Source: a virus
Direction: 5' to 3' (one strand)
DNA: 64,000 nt
IMG/VR virus record: IMGVR_UViG_3300043464_002365
Span: 1-64,000 of that record
Shown one piece after another: positions 1 to 10,511 of this stretch (positions are counted from its first letter, which is position 1; every line of letters begins with the position of its first letter). The position numbers and the translations under genes were made by a program. The notes below the pieces were generated by a model, which had not been told where the DNA came from, did not search any database, and worked only from the letters and a program-made list of their open reading frames with translations.

Positions 1-763
1 GACCTTCACCTATCGCATCATGGACTCCACTGGTGAGTTCCGTCTGATTGCTGACGCTGCTGATGATCTGCCCCGCGCTGACATCAGCCAAGTGGAGAAG
101 AGCATCAACATTCGTTCCTTCGGTGGCAGCTTCGGTTACACCGTGCAGGAACTGCGTGCTGCTCAAATGGCCAACATCGCCCTGGAGCAGCGTCGTGCTG
201 CTGCTGTGCGCCGTGCCTATGAAGAGAAAGTGGAAAGCCTTGCTTTCTTCGGCGAAAGCTCTGTGGGTCTCGCTGGTTTCTTCAACAACTCCACAGTGGA
301 CGTGGTTGCTGCTGATAAGTGGTTCACCACTGCTGGCACCACGGCCCAGGAAATGCTTGAGCTGCTGAACTATGGCGTGACTGCCATCATCAACGGCTCC
401 AAGATGAAGGAACAGCCCGACACCATTCTGCTGTCCTACGCGGATTACAACAAAATCAGCACCACTCGCAACTCCGATTCTTCGGACGTGACCGTGCTGG
501 AATATTTCCTGCGTACCAACCCCTACATCCGTAACGTTGAGCCCATCAACCAGTTGGAAGCCGACAACAGCGTGCTGAATACTGACCGTATGGTTGTGTA
601 CAAGCGTGATCCTGAGAAAGTGCAACTGCACATCCCTCAGCCTCTTGAGCTGTTCCCGCCTCAGCAGCGTGGTCTGGAATTCATCGTTCCTGCTCATGCC
701 CGCGTCGGTGGCGTTGCTCTGTACTATCCCAAGAGCATGATCTACGTGCAGGCCTCTGCCTGA
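1..763 (+). CDS. Major capsid protein (DUF2184/HK97-fold type), 5' truncated by window
   Basis: Frame is open from the window start. Motifs ELRAAQMANIALEQRRAAAVRRAYEE and HARVGGVALYYP are typical of DUF2184 capsids. Highly biased codon usage. Confidence 0.85.
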   Translation, partial: TFTYRIMDSTGEFRLIADAADDLPRADISQVEKSINIRSFGGSFGYTVQELRAAQMANIALEQRRAAAVRRAYEEKVESLAFFGESSVGLAGFFNNSTVDVVAADKWFTTAGTTAQEMLELLNYGVTAIINGSKMKEQPDTILLSYADYNKISTTRNSDSSDVTVLEYFLRTNPYIRNVEPINQLEADNSVLNTDRMVVYKRDPEKVQLHIPQPLELFPPQQRGLEFIVPAHARVGGVALYYPKSMIYVQASA

Positions 764-819
764 GGATAGTTAATCAAGAAGAGGGGCGTTAAGCTATTAG
801 CAATTGTTTCTCTTGAACA

Positions 820-1206
820 ATGCTGATTGCTTATCGTCCCGAACTTGAAAATCCCCCTCGTGATGCAGGGTTTGGCATTATTACCAAGAGCGGGCTCATT
901 CAACTGACGCCTGGTCTTAATCAGGAAATTCCTGATGAGAAATGGAAGGAAGCGAAGGAAAATGGTACGGTCAAGAAGCTTCTTGCTATTGGTGCCATTG
1001 AAGAAATGAAAGAACAAGTGATGGTAGAAGACCTGCCTGAAAATGTTCAAAGCCTTAGCGAACTTCCCCTCACACAAGCCATTCGTGCCATTGAACTCAT
1101 CCATGATCCAGATCGTCTGGGCGATTGGAAGAAAATTGAAGGGCGCGTCCGTGTGAGGAATGCCATTGCAAAGCGCGTTGAAGCTATTCGCATTGGGAAG
1201 GCCTGA
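820..1206 (+). CDS. Hypothetical head-associated protein
   Basis: 128 aa ORF between capsid and connector genes. Confidence 0.6.
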   Translation: MLIAYRPELENPPRDAGFGIITKSGLIQLTPGLNQEIPDEKWKEAKENGTVKKLLAIGAIEEMKEQVMVEDLPENVQSLSELPLTQAIRAIELIHDPDRLGDWKKIEGRVRVRNAIAKRVEAIRIGKA

Positions 1207-1208
1207 TT

Positions 1209-1520
1209 ATGGCAGTCACCTACGCAAGCTTTCTTGAGCGCTTTCCTGAATTCAGTCCACATCCATCTGGCATCGTCAATGGCGCCATTTCAGAAGCTGC
1301 TTACGATGCTTCTAGCGATGTGTTCGGGGATCAAACTGATAGGGCAGTAAAGTTCCTTGCTGCTCATATCATCGCCATTCAACTTGCTCAAATGGGCATT
1401 CAAATTGGTGCCACTGACGGCAAAGTATATGGCGAGGGGCTTGATGCCACTCAATACGGTCAGGAGTTTAAACGAATGACCAACAATCTTCCTCTTTCTT
1501 CTGTTGGGTTTGTCGTGTGA
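1209..1520 (+). CDS. Head-tail connector (DUF4054-like)
   Basis: FLERFPEF, LAAH and TQYGQEF motifs; synteny. Confidence 0.75.
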   Translation: MAVTYASFLERFPEFSPHPSGIVNGAISEAAYDASSDVFGDQTDRAVKFLAAHIIAIQLAQMGIQIGATDGKVYGEGLDATQYGQEFKRMTNNLPLSSVGFVV

Positions 1521-1906
1521 GCAATTATCTAGAGCCACTTGCAAATGCCACCTTGGTGTTTAATGTGGCGTCTGGATATGCGCTTGACAATGAAACTGGA
1601 AATTACGTGCCTGTTGCGACAGGTATTACGTTTTATGCCACGCTGAAACAGAAAAACAACCCGCGTTACGATCAACTCCTTGGGGCTGACATGACTGCCG
1701 TCTACATGGAAGGCAGAATGACCAGCCCTCTTACTTTGTCTGGCGTTACTGTGGGCGATTCTGCTCAGGCCACAATCAATGGAAGAGAGGGGAGGTTTGA
1801 ACTGTTGCCGAACGAACAAATTGCTATTCACTATTGGCAGTTCTTAGGCACGCCAGTCAGGGGAATTTTTAGACTGATTGGCAAAGGAAGCGTGGACAAC
1901 GCTTAA
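1517..1906 (+). CDS. Head closure/adaptor protein
   Basis: Synteny and size (129 aa). Confidence 0.5.
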   Translation: MSNYLEPLANATLVFNVASGYALDNETGNYVPVATGITFYATLKQKNNPRYDQLLGADMTAVYMEGRMTSPLTLSGVTVGDSAQATINGREGRFELLPNEQIAIHYWQFLGTPVRGIFRLIGKGSVDNA

Positions 1907-1933
1907 TTCTCTTCTTCCATTGAGGAATTTCTC

Positions 1934-2512
1934 ATGCTCTACCATCCCACTGAGCTAGTGAAGAGCCAGGACGTGATTGTCCGCGTTGGCTCCATTGGCG
2001 GCACTTCTCGTCCCGTCATCACTCAAAGTGGCGCCACTTTTACTGTTAGCGGCGCTCCCACTCTCTACACTCTGCAAGCTGCCACTACTGCCTCTGTTGC
2101 TTTTAACGATGGCAACCAAGAATTCTACCTGCTGGGCGGCGGCGGTTTCGCTGATAGCGTAATTACCACCAGCCAGGCCACTGCTTCCATCACTTCCTAC
2201 TTCCAGAAGGACGTTGATGGCACTGTGTTCCTGCCCAACAGTTTTGACGAAGCTTTCCAGACAGTTAGCGCTAGTCGTTACGACAAGAACCACGAAGTGT
2301 ACGTGGAGATCAACAAGCAACTTGGCGCTTCGGGCAACACTTACTATTATGATCGCGTGGCCTTCGTCGCTTGCGTGATGAACTACAACGAGAGCTATCC
2401 CGCTGATAACCTCGTGGAAGTGACGTTTGATCTGACCAGCCGTGGTCGCATTGGTATCCACCAAAATGCTTCGGAGACTGGTAGCATCATTCCGACTGCT
2501 CCTAATTCCTGA
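1934..2512 (+). CDS. Major tail tube protein
   Basis: Beta-rich 192 aa ORF ending VEVTFDLTSRG, highly expressed codon bias, followed by a terminator. Confidence 0.75.
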   Translation: MLYHPTELVKSQDVIVRVGSIGGTSRPVITQSGATFTVSGAPTLYTLQAATTASVAFNDGNQEFYLLGGGGFADSVITTSQATASITSYFQKDVDGTVFLPNSFDEAFQTVSASRYDKNHEVYVEINKQLGASGNTYYYDRVAFVACVMNYNESYPADNLVEVTFDLTSRGRIGIHQNASETGSIIPTAPNS

Positions 2513-2535
2513 TTCTTCCATTAAATCTTCGCTAG

Positions 2536-2562
2536 CCTGTCTCCTATGGGGGCAGGCTTTTT
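2536..2562 (+). terminator. Intrinsic terminator after tail tube gene
   Basis: gcctgtctcc-tat-gggggcaggc followed by a T-run. Confidence 0.7.
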
Positions 2563-2974
2563 AATGAACATTTCTCAGCTTCGCGATACGATTACTACGC
2601 TTCTTTCTGCGTCGCCCAATTTGATTGGCACTTATACGCTGCCCAATAACTCAACGATTCCTGCCGTGTATGTAGTGGGAAGGCAAAGCGTGCCAAAGGA
2701 ATGGAAAGTGAAAGGCTTGGAAGTGACCATGAGAGAGTTTCCAGATCGACTTCCTCGTGCGATGGTGGGCATGGTGCAAGTAAATCAACTATGGGAAGTG
2801 AGGCTTGCGCAATTCACTCCTAACAGTACCACATTGAGTGATGCGATGGAAAGAATGGTTAGACGGTTTCCTGATTCCACGCCATCGTACTTTCCTGGCG
2901 ATGACATTGCTTATGAGCAATGCAAGTTTATTGTCCCTGATCGCATCGTCAAGCAGTTGTATCCAGCAATCTAA
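2546..2974 (+). CDS. Tail terminator/completion protein (probable start about 2564)
   Basis: Synteny and size. Confidence 0.5.
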   Translation: MGAGFLMNISQLRDTITTLLSASPNLIGTYTLPNNSTIPAVYVVGRQSVPKEWKVKGLEVTMREFPDRLPRAMVGMVQVNQLWEVRLAQFTPNSTTLSDAMERMVRRFPDSTPSYFPGDDIAYEQCKFIVPDRIVKQLYPAI

Positions 2975-3435
2975 TGGCAGCGATTATCACTGGCGGCAAC
3001 CTCGTCAATCCTGAAGATATTGTCAATAAACTTGCCAAGGCTTTTGAAACTTGGACTCGCTTTGACGTGAATGATCATTTCCGAGACGAGTTTCTTGATG
3101 AGAAGTGGGACTATGGCAGGGACACCAAAAGAAAGAACGGAACGTTCATTCCTGCTGGTCAGCGCGACATTTACGACTTAGGAGATCTCTACAGAAGCGG
3201 GAGGGATAGCTTCGACATCTCTTTGTCATCGTCTAATGCTGAAGCAAGTTGGAACTGGGATGCTACGAATAGCAGTGGTCAGCCTTATGCTCGTTATGTT
3301 CATGATGCGCTAAGAGGAACAAGCGTGCCATACGCAAGACCGTGGACTCAAGACATTGCCATTCCAAGCCGGTTTGAACAAAGCATGATAAAACGACAGC
3401 TTCTGGCCCGCATTCGCACGGCAATGGGCAAATGA
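2974..3435 (+). CDS. Tail completion/neck protein (HK97 gp10-like)
   Basis: RDIYDLGDLYRS, YARYVH and ARPW motifs. Confidence 0.6.
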   Translation: MAAIITGGNLVNPEDIVNKLAKAFETWTRFDVNDHFRDEFLDEKWDYGRDTKRKNGTFIPAGQRDIYDLGDLYRSGRDSFDISLSSSNAEASWNWDATNSSGQPYARYVHDALRGTSVPYARPWTQDIAIPSRFEQSMIKRQLLARIRTAMGK

Positions 3436-3695
3436 AGATTGACTATTTATGGAGCGCAGACAACACTGTTCATGCCATTAATTGTCTCGTCGATGGCACT
3501 GCTTTAGAGGTGGGCATTCTTTGCCTTATTTCCTGTAGGGAAACGACCATTAGAATTGGCAACGACAATCATTCAATGCTGATTGAAGTGCCGCCTGAGT
3601 TTCGTTCTTCCCATGAGCGAGTGAAGGTGTTCAACGCATTGCTTAACATTCTTGATCATGAGCAAATACAGCTTTCTGGTTCAGACCAAAACTGA
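3432..3695 (+). CDS. Hypothetical protein
   Basis: 87 aa ORF with coupled start. Confidence 0.45.
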   Translation: MKIDYLWSADNTVHAINCLVDGTALEVGILCLISCRETTIRIGNDNHSMLIEVPPEFRSSHERVKVFNALLNILDHEQIQLSGSDQN

Positions 3696-4191
3696 AGGTT
3701 ATTTTGAGCTGCTGCCTGAAATTCGCTTGAAGAAATATGGCAGTTGGCTTGTTGCTGAATCCATTGAACAGGAAGAAATCAGCAAGCTGCAAAGTCAAGC
3801 TACCATTCGCGCCGTTCAGCTTGCCAAGCGTATTGCTGCATCGCGGGAAATTCCTCTTGATGAGGCTTTCGCGCTTCTGCAAGGCGGTGGTTCCATCACT
3901 GAAGCTGAACTGCTTTCTGAGTTCACTGAAGAGACTCTGAGCATGATTACCAGCGGCTCGTCGGTGGAAGCCACAAATGCTCGCATGGTCACTGCTTTCA
4001 TTCGTTCTCGCGGGCAGGGTCTCATTGATGGTGAATGGCAAGATCTTGGTGATTGGGAAATTGAAGACACCAAAAACCTACCGCGTAAAGCCATTGCAAA
4101 AGTGGTTGAATTTATTGCTGAAGAGCAAAATGCTGAGACGCAGGAGGCTGTAGAAGCAAAAAAGGCAGCGAAGAGGAATGGCCCTCAGTAG
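3652..4191 (+). CDS. Tail assembly chaperone (gpG-like)
   Basis: Upstream of the tape measure gene; slippery A-AAA-AAG at 4158-4164. Confidence 0.75.
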   Translation: MIMSKYSFLVQTKTEGYFELLPEIRLKKYGSWLVAESIEQEEISKLQSQATIRAVQLAKRIAASREIPLDEAFALLQGGGSITEAELLSEFTEETLSMITSGSSVEATNARMVTAFIRSRGQGLIDGEWQDLGDWEIEDTKNLPRKAIAKVVEFIAEEQNAETQEAVEAKKAAKRNGPQ

Positions 4192-4631
4192 CAGAAAGGC
4201 TTGAAGCGCAAGCCAGGAAGCAGCTTAAGAGCCTGACAGATTGGAACGAAATCTATTTCAGGCTCTCAGCTTCTGACTTTAAAGACGAGCGATGGAGTGC
4301 CAAAAATTTTGGCCTCCAGAAGCTTGATGACGTTAAGCGTGCGCTGAAATATCTTGACCGCCATGACATTGCAAAATACAATGTTGCGAGTGTTGCCGTA
4401 GCCAAGCTTGGCACTATGGCAGCAGGGATGATGGCGGGAAGAAAGAGCAAAGTAAAACCTGAGGATTTCTTGCCGTTTGATACCAAGCAGCTCAAGAAAG
4501 AAGATGGCGTGACAGATGCAAGCTTGATTGTTCTACAGCGTTTAATGAAAACAAGAAGAATGGATGGGCGCGTTATCGCATTGCTTGCCGACGAGATGAA
4601 AGCTTTTGCTGGGCGTAATCAAGAGCAATGA
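4158..4631 (+). CDS. -1 frameshift extension of tail assembly chaperone (gpGT-like)
   Basis: The -1 frame is open from the slippery site (GSEEEWPSVAERLEAQ...) to the stop at 4631. Confidence 0.8.
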   Translation, partial: KKGSEEEWPSVAERLEAQARKQLKSLTDWNEIYFRLSASDFKDERWSAKNFGLQKLDDVKRALKYLDRHDIAKYNVASVAVAKLGTMAAGMMAGRKSKVKPEDFLPFDTKQLKKEDGVTDASLIVLQRLMKTRRMDGRVIALLADEMKAFAGRNQEQ

Positions 4632-4665
4632 TTATAGAATGGAGGGAAAGTAAGCGAAAATTAAA

Positions 4666-7600
4666 ATGGCAGCTCAAGACGCCGAACTGAAGCTTAAGGT
4701 AAGTCTTGACCTAGGATTTTTTAGGCAACAATTAGCAGGGCTTGGACAAGCTGCGGCTGGATACAATCTTCCCGTAAAAGTACAGTTCGATCGGCGCTCT
4801 GTGCAAAATGAGCTTAATGCTCTTGGCGCAAATATTCGACGGAGAAATTACAGGCTAACTGTCGAAACAAATTTATCCGCTGAAATAGCAAAAGCAGATA
4901 CTCTCGCCAGAAAACTTGGAGAGCTTAGCGGAAAGCTTAAAGCAACTCGCGGAGGAGGTGGAGTAGCACAAGGCCGAGAAGCAATATCTCAAATTGAAGA
5001 GGTATTAAGAGGGGGCCTTTCTGGTCGTGTATTTGGCATCCAAAAGGCTCAAGAAAATATTGCAAAGCAAGCAATTTTATCTCGCCTTGAAAAAGCTTCA
5101 TTGAGCAAAGGAGGCTATAACACGGCAGGCCTTGAAAAAATTATTCGTGATCTTGGTGGCACTCCAACCGGCGGTCGCAAGGATTTAGTTGCACAAGCTA
5201 AGAAGCTTGTAGAAGAAAGCAATGGCATTGCAGATGCCGTTTTTGAAAATTTAAAAGATTTGCAAATGAACCTTCGTCCCATTCGTGGACAAGCTCAAAC
5301 GAGCGCTGCTCGTTCAATGCCTAACCTCAATCAGATGTTGGATCGCATTGCAAATCTTACGGAAAATCCTCGTGCAGCACAGCGGATGCTGCGAATGATG
5401 CCCGAAAGCAGGCTCACGACTGATCTTGTTGGAGCGGCAAATAGACAGGCCGCATTTAGAGAGCAATATGGTCCGCAAGGATTTAGGCTCCCTGGCTTTG
5501 GAGGAGCAAAAGCTTTCGATCCATTACTGAAGGCAATTGCTAAAGATTTTTCAGACTATACCAAGACTGTAAATATTACCGATCCGTGGGTTGGGCAAAT
5601 TGGCGATGGCATTCGTCGCATTGTTGCAGTGTCTGCCCAAGCTGCAACTGCCACAACAAAAGCATTGCCTCCCGTGGGAGGCACTACTAGCCCTATGAGC
5701 GCCTTGGAGCGCAGGCTTGCTCAGTCTCGTGGAGCATTGGGAACAGGAGGAGCTGCTGCCGGCTCTTTATTCACCGGTCGCGGACTCGTGAATCCTGGTG
5801 TGTCAATGCTTTCTCCAGTTGGTATTTCTGGGAACTATAGGCAAATGGCCGCTGCTTTAGCAAATCAAGCAGCTAATCCTGTATTGGCACATCGACAAAT
5901 TGCAGACATTGGCTTCGGAGGCGTTCCAACTGCTGCCACGGGGATGTCTGGAGAGGCATTAAATCGGGCTTTGAACCAAGCTTTCCTGCAGCGTCGAGGA
6001 TTGGGTATTGGAGGAGGACAAGCTCTCCCTATCTTCAATGCACCGGGAGTGGCAGTGCAGCAAAACATTCCTGGTATGGCCTATCGAATGGGAGGTGGTG
6101 GACTAGGAGGGTCAATGGGAATGTTCCCAAGTGCGGGAATGATGGGGCCATCAAGCCCATTGACGATCAATGCTCAGAGCAGCATGTTTGGCGGTGGTGG
6201 AGCCATGCCTCCCGGAGGAGGCGGTGGCGGCGCAGGAGGAATGGGCGGCATGGGCGGCTTTGGTCGTGCATTGGGAGGCGTTAATCTTCCTGGAGCAGGA
6301 GCCATTCGTGAACTTGGTGGAGAATTTGCTTTTGCCACACAACAGGTATTGCTTTTTGGTCAAGCGTACAAATTATTGGCATTTGTTCAAAATTTTCCAG
6401 CGCAAGTTGGAGAAGCGGTTAGCCAACTGCAAAGCTTCAGAAATACATTGAATAGCGTTACTGGAAGCGCCGAAGAAGCGGGCGACGCCAATGAATTTAT
6501 TCTTGCGGCAGTTGAAAAATACAATATTCCGTTGCAGTCAGCCCGTGATGGCTTTGTGAAGCTTTTTGCTTCTATGGAGCCAGCCGGATTTGCTGCAGGC
6601 GAAATCCAAAACCTATTTCTTGGTATTACAAAAGCTGCTGCCACTTATGGTTTAAGCGCAGACAAAGTTGATCGTGTAAATTATGCTTTTGCTCAAATGG
6701 CAAGCAAAGGCCAAGTCATGAGCGAAGAGCTTAAGGGACAACTTGGCGATGTACTGCCAGGAGCAATGAGTATTTTCGCTGAAGCTGCTGGCTTTACAGG
6801 TCCAGATGCCATTCAGAAATTCAACAAAGCTCTTGAAGATGGTGTGTACAAAGGCGGCGAAATGCGCAAACTTTTGAAAAACGTAGCGGATGGTATGAAT
6901 AAAGAATTTGGACCTGGCGCAGAAGGGGCTGCGAAAACATTCCAAGGTTCAATCAATCGCATGCAAAATGCAATCAAGAGTTTTTACGAAAGCTTTGAGC
7001 CTGCTGCCATTAGCGTGCTAAATCAAGTGGCAGTACCCTTGGTTAGTACACTAAAGAATATTACAGCCGGCATAAATGCTTATTTTCAGGGGCAAACAGC
7101 AGCTACGCCAGAAGCTCAAAAATTTGCAAATGCCTTGCAAGTAATTGTGCCGGTGATTAGCGGCATCGCTAAGAATGCTGCAATTGTTGCCACTCAATTA
7201 GGATTAATGGCTGGAGTATTTGGCTCTGCTGCCATTCAGATTGGGAGACTATTATCTCTTCCTATAGTTGGCTACCTCGCATCGACTTATGCGCAAGTTT
7301 TAATCCTGACTACTGCTTTTAATTTCCTTGCGAAAAGCGCTATTGGTGCTGCTATAGTTGCAATCTCTCAATTTATCGCGAAGGGCATTGTTTACGCGCA
7401 AGTATCGCTTGGTATGCGTGTTGCCACGCAGCAAACGACCGTAGCAATGTATCAGTTTGGCACAGCAGTACAAACTGTAATGATTAAGACTGTCATTGGG
7501 ATTGCCCTTGTTGCAATTAGTGCTTTAATTGCAAAATTTGTGGAACTTCAGAATGCCATGGCATCAGTGTCTGGCCAATCCAGACAAATGCAAGATGCTG

Positions 7601-10116
7601 CTAAGGCATCCGCAAAAATGGGCGACGTAGCAGGCGTCAAGGAGGCAATCGGAAACATGGAAGATCGAGTGCAAACTTATAAAAAACTTAAAGGAGAGCT
7701 TGATAAAGTAATTGGCGACGAGCATACTTATGGCTTTTACCGTGAAATCCCATCTGCATTGGCGGGAGAATTAATGTCGCTAGGCCTTATAGTAGAAAGT
7801 TCAATGAGAAAAGTCGGGGCCGGATATAAAGTTAAAATAGGCGACTTGCGGGACGCTTATAATTTAGCCACGAAAAATGTTTCCGAATTCAATAAGGCTA
7901 TTGATAGTTCTCAAGCACTTGTTGGTCAAGCACAGAAGAAAAATCAGCAGCTTAAGCAGCAAGGAGTCGTCACAGGAGCGGCGGAAAGCGATCCTAAAGC
8001 GTTAGCAAAAGCCGCAGAAGAAGCCCGCAAGCTTGCTGATGATAAGCGTAAGTACGAAGCTGATTTAATGAAGATTAGCTCTCAGCAAGCTATAAATTTA
8101 AATGAAATGGAGTTTGATCATTGGAAGAATCTACAACAGGCAAAATATGATTTTCTTGAAGCCGGTCAAAATGAATGGATGAGTAGAGAGCTGAAATTCC
8201 AACGCGATCTTCAAGCGATTGAAATTCGCAGAATTGAAGCAATTCGCAAAGCTCGCATTGAAACCGTAAAAGCGGAAACCGATGCGCAAGCAAGCGCTTA
8301 TGTAGCGGGAGATTCCGGCGTTGGCGGAGGTGCCGCTATGTTCGGCGCTACCGGGAGAGTGTTCAATGCTCCTGGCTGGGTGCATGGTCATTTCCAAAAC
8401 ATGAACCGAGAGGCATTGGTTCAAGACACTGTTGAAGTGGTAATGAAGCTTCTGCAGCAAGGCGTTAAGCCTGAATTGGGTAGCGGACAAAAATTCACTA
8501 CTGGAATGCAGCAAGCTCAAGTGGAGCAGCTAGTGCGTCGTGGCATTGCTTCGCATAAATCGTACGCGAGTGGAGTTGGGGCTATTGATGTGTTTGTTCC
8601 GCAGGGGACGCGAGTGCCAGTTGGCTTGTCAGGAGTAAGCAATCTCGGTGGCGCCGCTGGTGTTTCTGGGAATCTACCTCGTGGCACGCAATTAATGCAC
8701 CTCGATCCCAGCTCGCGCTCTGGAGCGACTGGTGCAGTGCCTGCTGGAGTGCCTGCTTCAAGAATAAGAGCAGAAGCGAAGAAGGATTACGCTTCGGCGC
8801 TTGCAAGTCAAGAAGCAATTAATGCGAAAGAAAAAGAAAATCTTGCCACTAAATATGCAAATATTCAGGCGCAGCAAGAGCTTAATGTTCTCATTCGAGA
8901 ATATACTGCTTCCATTATTCCCATAGAGCAGCAAAAGCTGGAAAACACTCTCTTGCAAAATCGTATTAATTTGATTTCATCCGGCGCGTTCGGGGATGCC
9001 CTCGAGACTGAACAGAAAATTGGCGAAGCCAGAGAAAAAGCTGCTCTTGGCGTGCAAATGGCCAACGCTCAAATCGATCAAAATAACAAGCTAGTGAAAG
9101 ATGGAATTATCAAACAAGAAGAGGCAGACAAGCTCAATGCTTCTCAAGTGGAAAAGATTAAGCAGCTCACTCAAGGGCTTGAAGCTTACATCCCATTGTT
9201 AAGAGAAAGGCTGAAGCTTGAGCAATCAAGCGCAGAAGCCACTTTGCGTGGTGAAATCACTCGCGCCACTCCCCTGGGAGGCATGGGACTTTCTGCTGGT
9301 TTTATTGGTCCTGCTAGCGATAGACTTGAGGAGGCGATTGGTCGTGGGGCTACACAAGATGAGGCGTCCCGTTTCGCCGAATTACAGAATCAACTCACTC
9401 TTCTTGAAACAAGAAACGAAGCCATCAAACAGTCCATTTATGGAATTGGCAGTGCTTTCGGAGAAGCCTTGACCATGGGCGTAGCGAGCCTCATTACTGG
9501 CACTGCCACTGCCAAGGAAGTGTTTGCAAGCTTCTTGCAAAGCGTAGGCCAAGCATTGTCTCAGGCAGCTTCGCAAATGATTGCCACTTACATCGCCATT
9601 GGTATTGCGAAACTGTTTGCTGGCCTTGGCGGAGGAGGGGGAAATCCAGCGGGTAGCGGAGGAGGTATTTCGGACAGTCTTCCTGGAATGCGTCAATACG
9701 CAGGAGGCTTTGGAGGAGGTGGAGCACCGGGCTCTATGCCGTTCGCACCGCCTGCATTTGCTAATGGCGGTATTGTTACAGGCCCCACGCTTAGCCTCAT
9801 CGGTGAAGGCAAGTATAACGAAGCAGTTGTACCCCTCCCTGATGGTCGTTCTATCCCTGTGCAGCTCGGTGGACGTTCTGCTCGTGACCTTATGGGCAAC
9901 GGCGCCCCCGGCATGCCTCAGGCGCCTTCTCTCAGCATGAAGTTTGAAACAACTAAGATCAATGGCGTAGAATACGTTAGCCGCGAACAATTAGAGCAGG
10001 CAATGGCAGAAACTCGCCGTGCCTCCATTGCAGGAGGCGCTCAACGAGGCATGTCAATGACTCTTGATAAGATTAAACAAAGCCCCTCCACTCGCTCTAG
10101 CATTGGTATTCGCTGA
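4666..10116 (+). CDS. Tape measure protein (1816 aa) with internal M23-like peptidase domain
   Basis: Tape-measure domain (AFAQMASKGQVMSEELKGQLGD); Ala/Gly-rich; C-terminal FANGGIV...GEG motif. Confidence 0.92.
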   Translation: MAAQDAELKLKVSLDLGFFRQQLAGLGQAAAGYNLPVKVQFDRRSVQNELNALGANIRRRNYRLTVETNLSAEIAKADTLARKLGELSGKLKATRGGGGVAQGREAISQIEEVLRGGLSGRVFGIQKAQENIAKQAILSRLEKASLSKGGYNTAGLEKIIRDLGGTPTGGRKDLVAQAKKLVEESNGIADAVFENLKDLQMNLRPIRGQAQTSAARSMPNLNQMLDRIANLTENPRAAQRMLRMMPESRLTTDLVGAANRQAAFREQYGPQGFRLPGFGGAKAFDPLLKAIAKDFSDYTKTVNITDPWVGQIGDGIRRIVAVSAQAATATTKALPPVGGTTSPMSALERRLAQSRGALGTGGAAAGSLFTGRGLVNPGVSMLSPVGISGNYRQMAAALANQAANPVLAHRQIADIGFGGVPTAATGMSGEALNRALNQAFLQRRGLGIGGGQALPIFNAPGVAVQQNIPGMAYRMGGGGLGGSMGMFPSAGMMGPSSPLTINAQSSMFGGGGAMPPGGGGGGAGGMGGMGGFGRALGGVNLPGAGAIRELGGEFAFATQQVLLFGQAYKLLAFVQNFPAQVGEAVSQLQSFRNTLNSVTGSAEEAGDANEFILAAVEKYNIPLQSARDGFVKLFASMEPAGFAAGEIQNLFLGITKAAATYGLSADKVDRVNYAFAQMASKGQVMSEELKGQLGDVLPGAMSIFAEAAGFTGPDAIQKFNKALEDGVYKGGEMRKLLKNVADGMNKEFGPGAEGAAKTFQGSINRMQNAIKSFYESFEPAAISVLNQVAVPLVSTLKNITAGINAYFQGQTAATPEAQKFANALQVIVPVISGIAKNAAIVATQLGLMAGVFGSAAIQIGRLLSLPIVGYLASTYAQVLILTTAFNFLAKSAIGAAIVAISQFIAKGIVYAQVSLGMRVATQQTTVAMYQFGTAVQTVMIKTVIGIALVAISALIAKFVELQNAMASVSGQSRQMQDAAKASAKMGDVAGVKEAIGNMEDRVQTYKKLKGELDKVIGDEHTYGFYREIPSALAGELMSLGLIVESSMRKVGAGYKVKIGDLRDAYNLATKNVSEFNKAIDSSQALVGQAQKKNQQLKQQGVVTGAAESDPKALAKAAEEARKLADDKRKYEADLMKISSQQAINLNEMEFDHWKNLQQAKYDFLEAGQNEWMSRELKFQRDLQAIEIRRIEAIRKARIETVKAETDAQASAYVAGDSGVGGGAAMFGATGRVFNAPGWVHGHFQNMNREALVQDTVEVVMKLLQQGVKPELGSGQKFTTGMQQAQVEQLVRRGIASHKSYASGVGAIDVFVPQGTRVPVGLSGVSNLGGAAGVSGNLPRGTQLMHLDPSSRSGATGAVPAGVPASRIRAEAKKDYASALASQEAINAKEKENLATKYANIQAQQELNVLIREYTASIIPIEQQKLENTLLQNRINLISSGAFGDALETEQKIGEAREKAALGVQMANAQIDQNNKLVKDGIIKQEEADKLNASQVEKIKQLTQGLEAYIPLLRERLKLEQSSAEATLRGEITRATPLGGMGLSAGFIGPASDRLEEAIGRGATQDEASRFAELQNQLTLLETRNEAIKQSIYGIGSAFGEALTMGVASLITGTATAKEVFASFLQSVGQALSQAASQMIATYIAIGIAKLFAGLGGGGGNPAGSGGGISDSLPGMRQYAGGFGGGGAPGSMPFAPPAFANGGIVTGPTLSLIGEGKYNEAVVPLPDGRSIPVQLGGRSARDLMGNGAPGMPQAPSLSMKFETTKINGVEYVSREQLEQAMAETRRASIAGGAQRGMSMTLDKIKQSPSTRSSIGIR

Positions 10117-10511
10117 TGGCAGTTTTCCCTTCTATTCGCCCCACAGGGCGCTCTTATTCGCCAGGGCAATTTCCCACTAAAACTTATCGCGGACTTTCGG
10201 GGGCCACTGTTAAGCGAGTGTTTGGCAATCGTTCATTTGGGCATGCCATTGATCTTCAGTTTGAAAACATCAGCGACACAAACACGAAAGCTATTCTGGA
10301 TCACTACTACGGACAATTTGGAGGCTACGCTCGCTTCACTCTTCCTGACGCAGTATTTTCGGGCACATCCTCTGGATTGAAGGGTATTCTGCAAGCGCCC
10401 GCCAACATCCTCTGGGAATACGCTGAACCTCCGCAAGTCGAAAGTGTATTCAATGGGAGGAGCACTGTTACAGTGCGATTGATCGGCGAGCTTGACTATT
10501 CTGGCGTTTGA
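10116..10511 (+). CDS. Distal tail protein-like
   Basis: Immediately follows tape measure gene; 131 aa. Confidence 0.6.
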   Translation: MAVFPSIRPTGRSYSPGQFPTKTYRGLSGATVKRVFGNRSFGHAIDLQFENISDTNTKAILDHYYGQFGGYARFTLPDAVFSGTSSGLKGILQAPANILWEYAEPPQVESVFNGRSTVTVRLIGELDYSGV

